Positions 57,593-59,284 of a stretch of 59,284 bases of DNA are shown one piece after another. Source of the stretch: Planctomycetota bacterium (GTDB lineage: Bacteria > Planctomycetota > SZUA-567 > H5-PLA8); NCBI GenBank assembly GCA_045863855.1, contig BTVV01000031.1:1-59284 (forward strand), in the 5' to 3' direction. The position numbers were made by a program, and so were the translations under genes. Each line of letters starts with the position of its first letter. The first letter of the stretch is position 1. Below the pieces are notes generated by a model. It worked only from the letters and a program-made list of their open reading frames with translations. It did not search any database and was not told where the DNA came from.

Positions 57593-58462
57593 ATGCCGAT
57601 GCTGCGTGCCATCGATCTGGCCACCGAACCGGCGCTGCCGGTGCGCTTCGAACTGCTCCGCGCCGGGCACTTCAAAGGGCGCGCCTCGGAACACTGGATC
57701 CGGCATCCGTTTACGCTGATCGGGCAGGCTTGCGGAAACGCCATCCGCTTCGAAGTCGAAGGCCAAGGCCTGGTGCGTATTCCGCGCGGCGGCGGCTACG
57801 TGCTGACGGCGGCGGCGCATTACCGCTCCGTCCTGCCGCCCGGCGAGGGCTACGCGTTCAAGTGGCTCCACGCGAACGTGCGGCTGCTGCAAGCGTTGGA
57901 TTTCTTCCGCGCGCAGCCGGTGCCCGTGGCGCAGCCGGTCTCCGTGGGGCGCGCGATCGGCCGGACCGTGGACGCGCTGCTGGATCTCCCCGCGCCCGAT
58001 CCGCACGCGGCGGTCGCCCGAGCGGCGCGTATCCAAGCGCGGGGCCTGGAGTTACTCGATGCGATCCTCGCCGCCGCGCCGCCGGCGGGGCGGGCGGATG
58101 CGCAGTGGCCGAGTCTGCGGCGCGTCGCGCCGGTGCTGCGCTTCATGGAGGAACGCTTGGCCGAGCCGCTGAGCAAAGAGGATCTCGCCGCGGCGCTGCA
58201 TTTGTCGGAGAGCCGCTTTCACGAGCTGTTCATGCAGGCGCTGAACCTCCCGCCAATGAAGTACTTGCAGGATCTGCGCCTGAAGCGCGCGCAACAGTGG
58301 CTATGGACGACGGAGGAGCCGGTGGCCGAGATCGGGCGGCGCTGCGGCTTCGCGGACGCGTTCCATTTCAGCCGGATCTTCAAAGCGAACTTCGGCGCGA
58401 GCCCGCGGGCTTATCGCCATCAAGCGCGGCGCATGGCGGCGTGGGAAAGCCTGGACACCTGA
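57593..58462 (+). CDS. AraC family transcriptional regulator
   Basis: EDLAAALHLSESRFHELF..IGRRCGFADAFHFSRIFK; divergent from the PhyH gene. Confidence 0.92.
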   Translation: MPMLRAIDLATEPALPVRFELLRAGHFKGRASEHWIRHPFTLIGQACGNAIRFEVEGQGLVRIPRGGGYVLTAAAHYRSVLPPGEGYAFKWLHANVRLLQALDFFRAQPVPVAQPVSVGRAIGRTVDALLDLPAPDPHAAVARAARIQARGLELLDAILAAAPPAGRADAQWPSLRRVAPVLRFMEERLAEPLSKEDLAAALHLSESRFHELFMQALNLPPMKYLQDLRLKRAQQWLWTTEEPVAEIGRRCGFADAFHFSRIFKANFGASPRAYRHQARRMAAWESLDT

Positions 58463-58468
58463 AACGAC

Positions 58469-58493
58469 CGCGCCCCGCACAAGGCGGGGCGCG
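58469..58493. terminator. GC hairpin between convergent genes
   Basis: CGCGCCCCGC / GCGGGGCGCG stem; no T-tract. Confidence 0.5.
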
Positions 58494-58538
58494 GCAGGGA
58501 CTTAAATTGGACGAATCGCGCCCGAGCGGGCGGCCGCG

Positions 58539-59284
58539 TTACTTCGCGGCGGCTTGCTGGGGCAGCGACTCGAGCTTCTTCTGCGCATCGTCGGCGAAGG
58601 TAGTGCCGGGGAACTTCTCGATGATGGCGTTGAGCTTCTCCTTGGCGCGGCCGGCCATGTTGTTCATCAGGTAGTTGTCCGCGGCGGCCATCAACTTCGG
58701 AGCTTCTTTCTCCGCCTCGGCTTGCAAGTCCGTCTTCATCTGCTCGCGCGTCGCGGCGTTCTTGGAGAGTTCGGTCATCTTCGCGTGCGCCTTCACCGCG
58801 GCGACGGTGTTCTCGTAGCGCGGGTTGTTGCTGATCGCTTCGTACATCTTGTAGGCCTTGAGCGTATAGCCGGCGGCTTCGGTCGATTCGGCTTCGGTCA
58901 GTTCGACCAGACCGGCGACCTTCGGGTTCGTCTTAAGGCTGATCATCCGCGTGTTGGCATCCGGATAGACCTTGCTGAAGGGGAACTCGCGCACAACCAC
59001 CGCCAGTTCCTCGACTTCGCGCGTGTAGTCGCGCTGCAGATCGGCGCTCATCGCGTTGTCGTAATGCTGCTTGGCGAAGGTTTCCATCTGCGCGAACTTG
59101 GCGCGGGCCTGCTGGACCATCTGGTCGCTGTTGGGCACGTCGGCCATCACGACGCCGGCGTAAAACGCCGCGGCTTCGCGGTACTGTTCTTCCTGGAACT
59201 TGAGTTCGCCCTTGGCGAACATCTCTTTGATGTAGCCTAAGTTCTGGACCAGCTTTTCTTTGTACTGCGCGGCGTCTTCGGCGG
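58539..59284 (-). CDS. Helical TPR-like hypothetical protein, 5' partial
   Basis: Frame is open to the window end; AAAFY and IIEKFPGTTFADDA TPR-like segments. Confidence 0.75.
   Translation of the reverse strand, partial: AEDAAQYKEKLVQNLGYIKEMFAKGELKFQEEQYREAAAFYAGVVMADVPNSDQMVQQARAKFAQMETFAKQHYDNAMSADLQRDYTREVEELAVVVREFPFSKVYPDANTRMISLKTNPKVAGLVELTEAESTEAAGYTLKAYKMYEAISNNPRYENTVAAVKAHAKMTELSKNAATREQMKTDLQAEAEKEAPKLMAAADNYLMNNMAGRAKEKLNAIIEKFPGTTFADDAQKKLESLPQQAAAK

Overview
High-GC bacterial chromosomal segment. Gene content points to Planctomycetota (inference): DUF1080, BNR sialidase, a methyltransferase/PQQ-propeller protein, an extended ECF sigma factor and many REP-like hairpins. I annotate about 47 CDSs, tRNA-Gly(TCC), a fluoride riboswitch upstream of a CLC-F exporter, two pseudogene remnants and several REP-like repeats. 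Housekeeping genes cover envelope (GT4, GT9, fused LptF-LptG, MurJ), DNA repair and replication (PolX-PHP, Nfi, MutY-MutT, PolA), CoaE, Rho, a DEAD-box helicase and a cold-shock protein, plus AraC-linked sugar catabolism genes. No CRISPR array, integrase, transposase or prophage is visible. Best candidates for undescribed biology: (1) the 48-56.5 kb envelope locus, with a porin divergent from a 1157-aa secreted protein built from phage-tail-fibre-like modules, followed by an exported truncated globin whose proximal His is replaced by Tyr and a HEAT-repeat lipoprotein; (2) a PhyH-family enzyme with HxG instead of HxD (halogenase-like); (3) a sigma/anti-sigma/4-TM fusion translationally coupled to endonuclease V; (4) two structured leader RNAs (DEAD-box helicase, polA). 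All calls come from reading motifs by eye; no searches were run. Many start codons were moved from the ORF track to more plausible positions.
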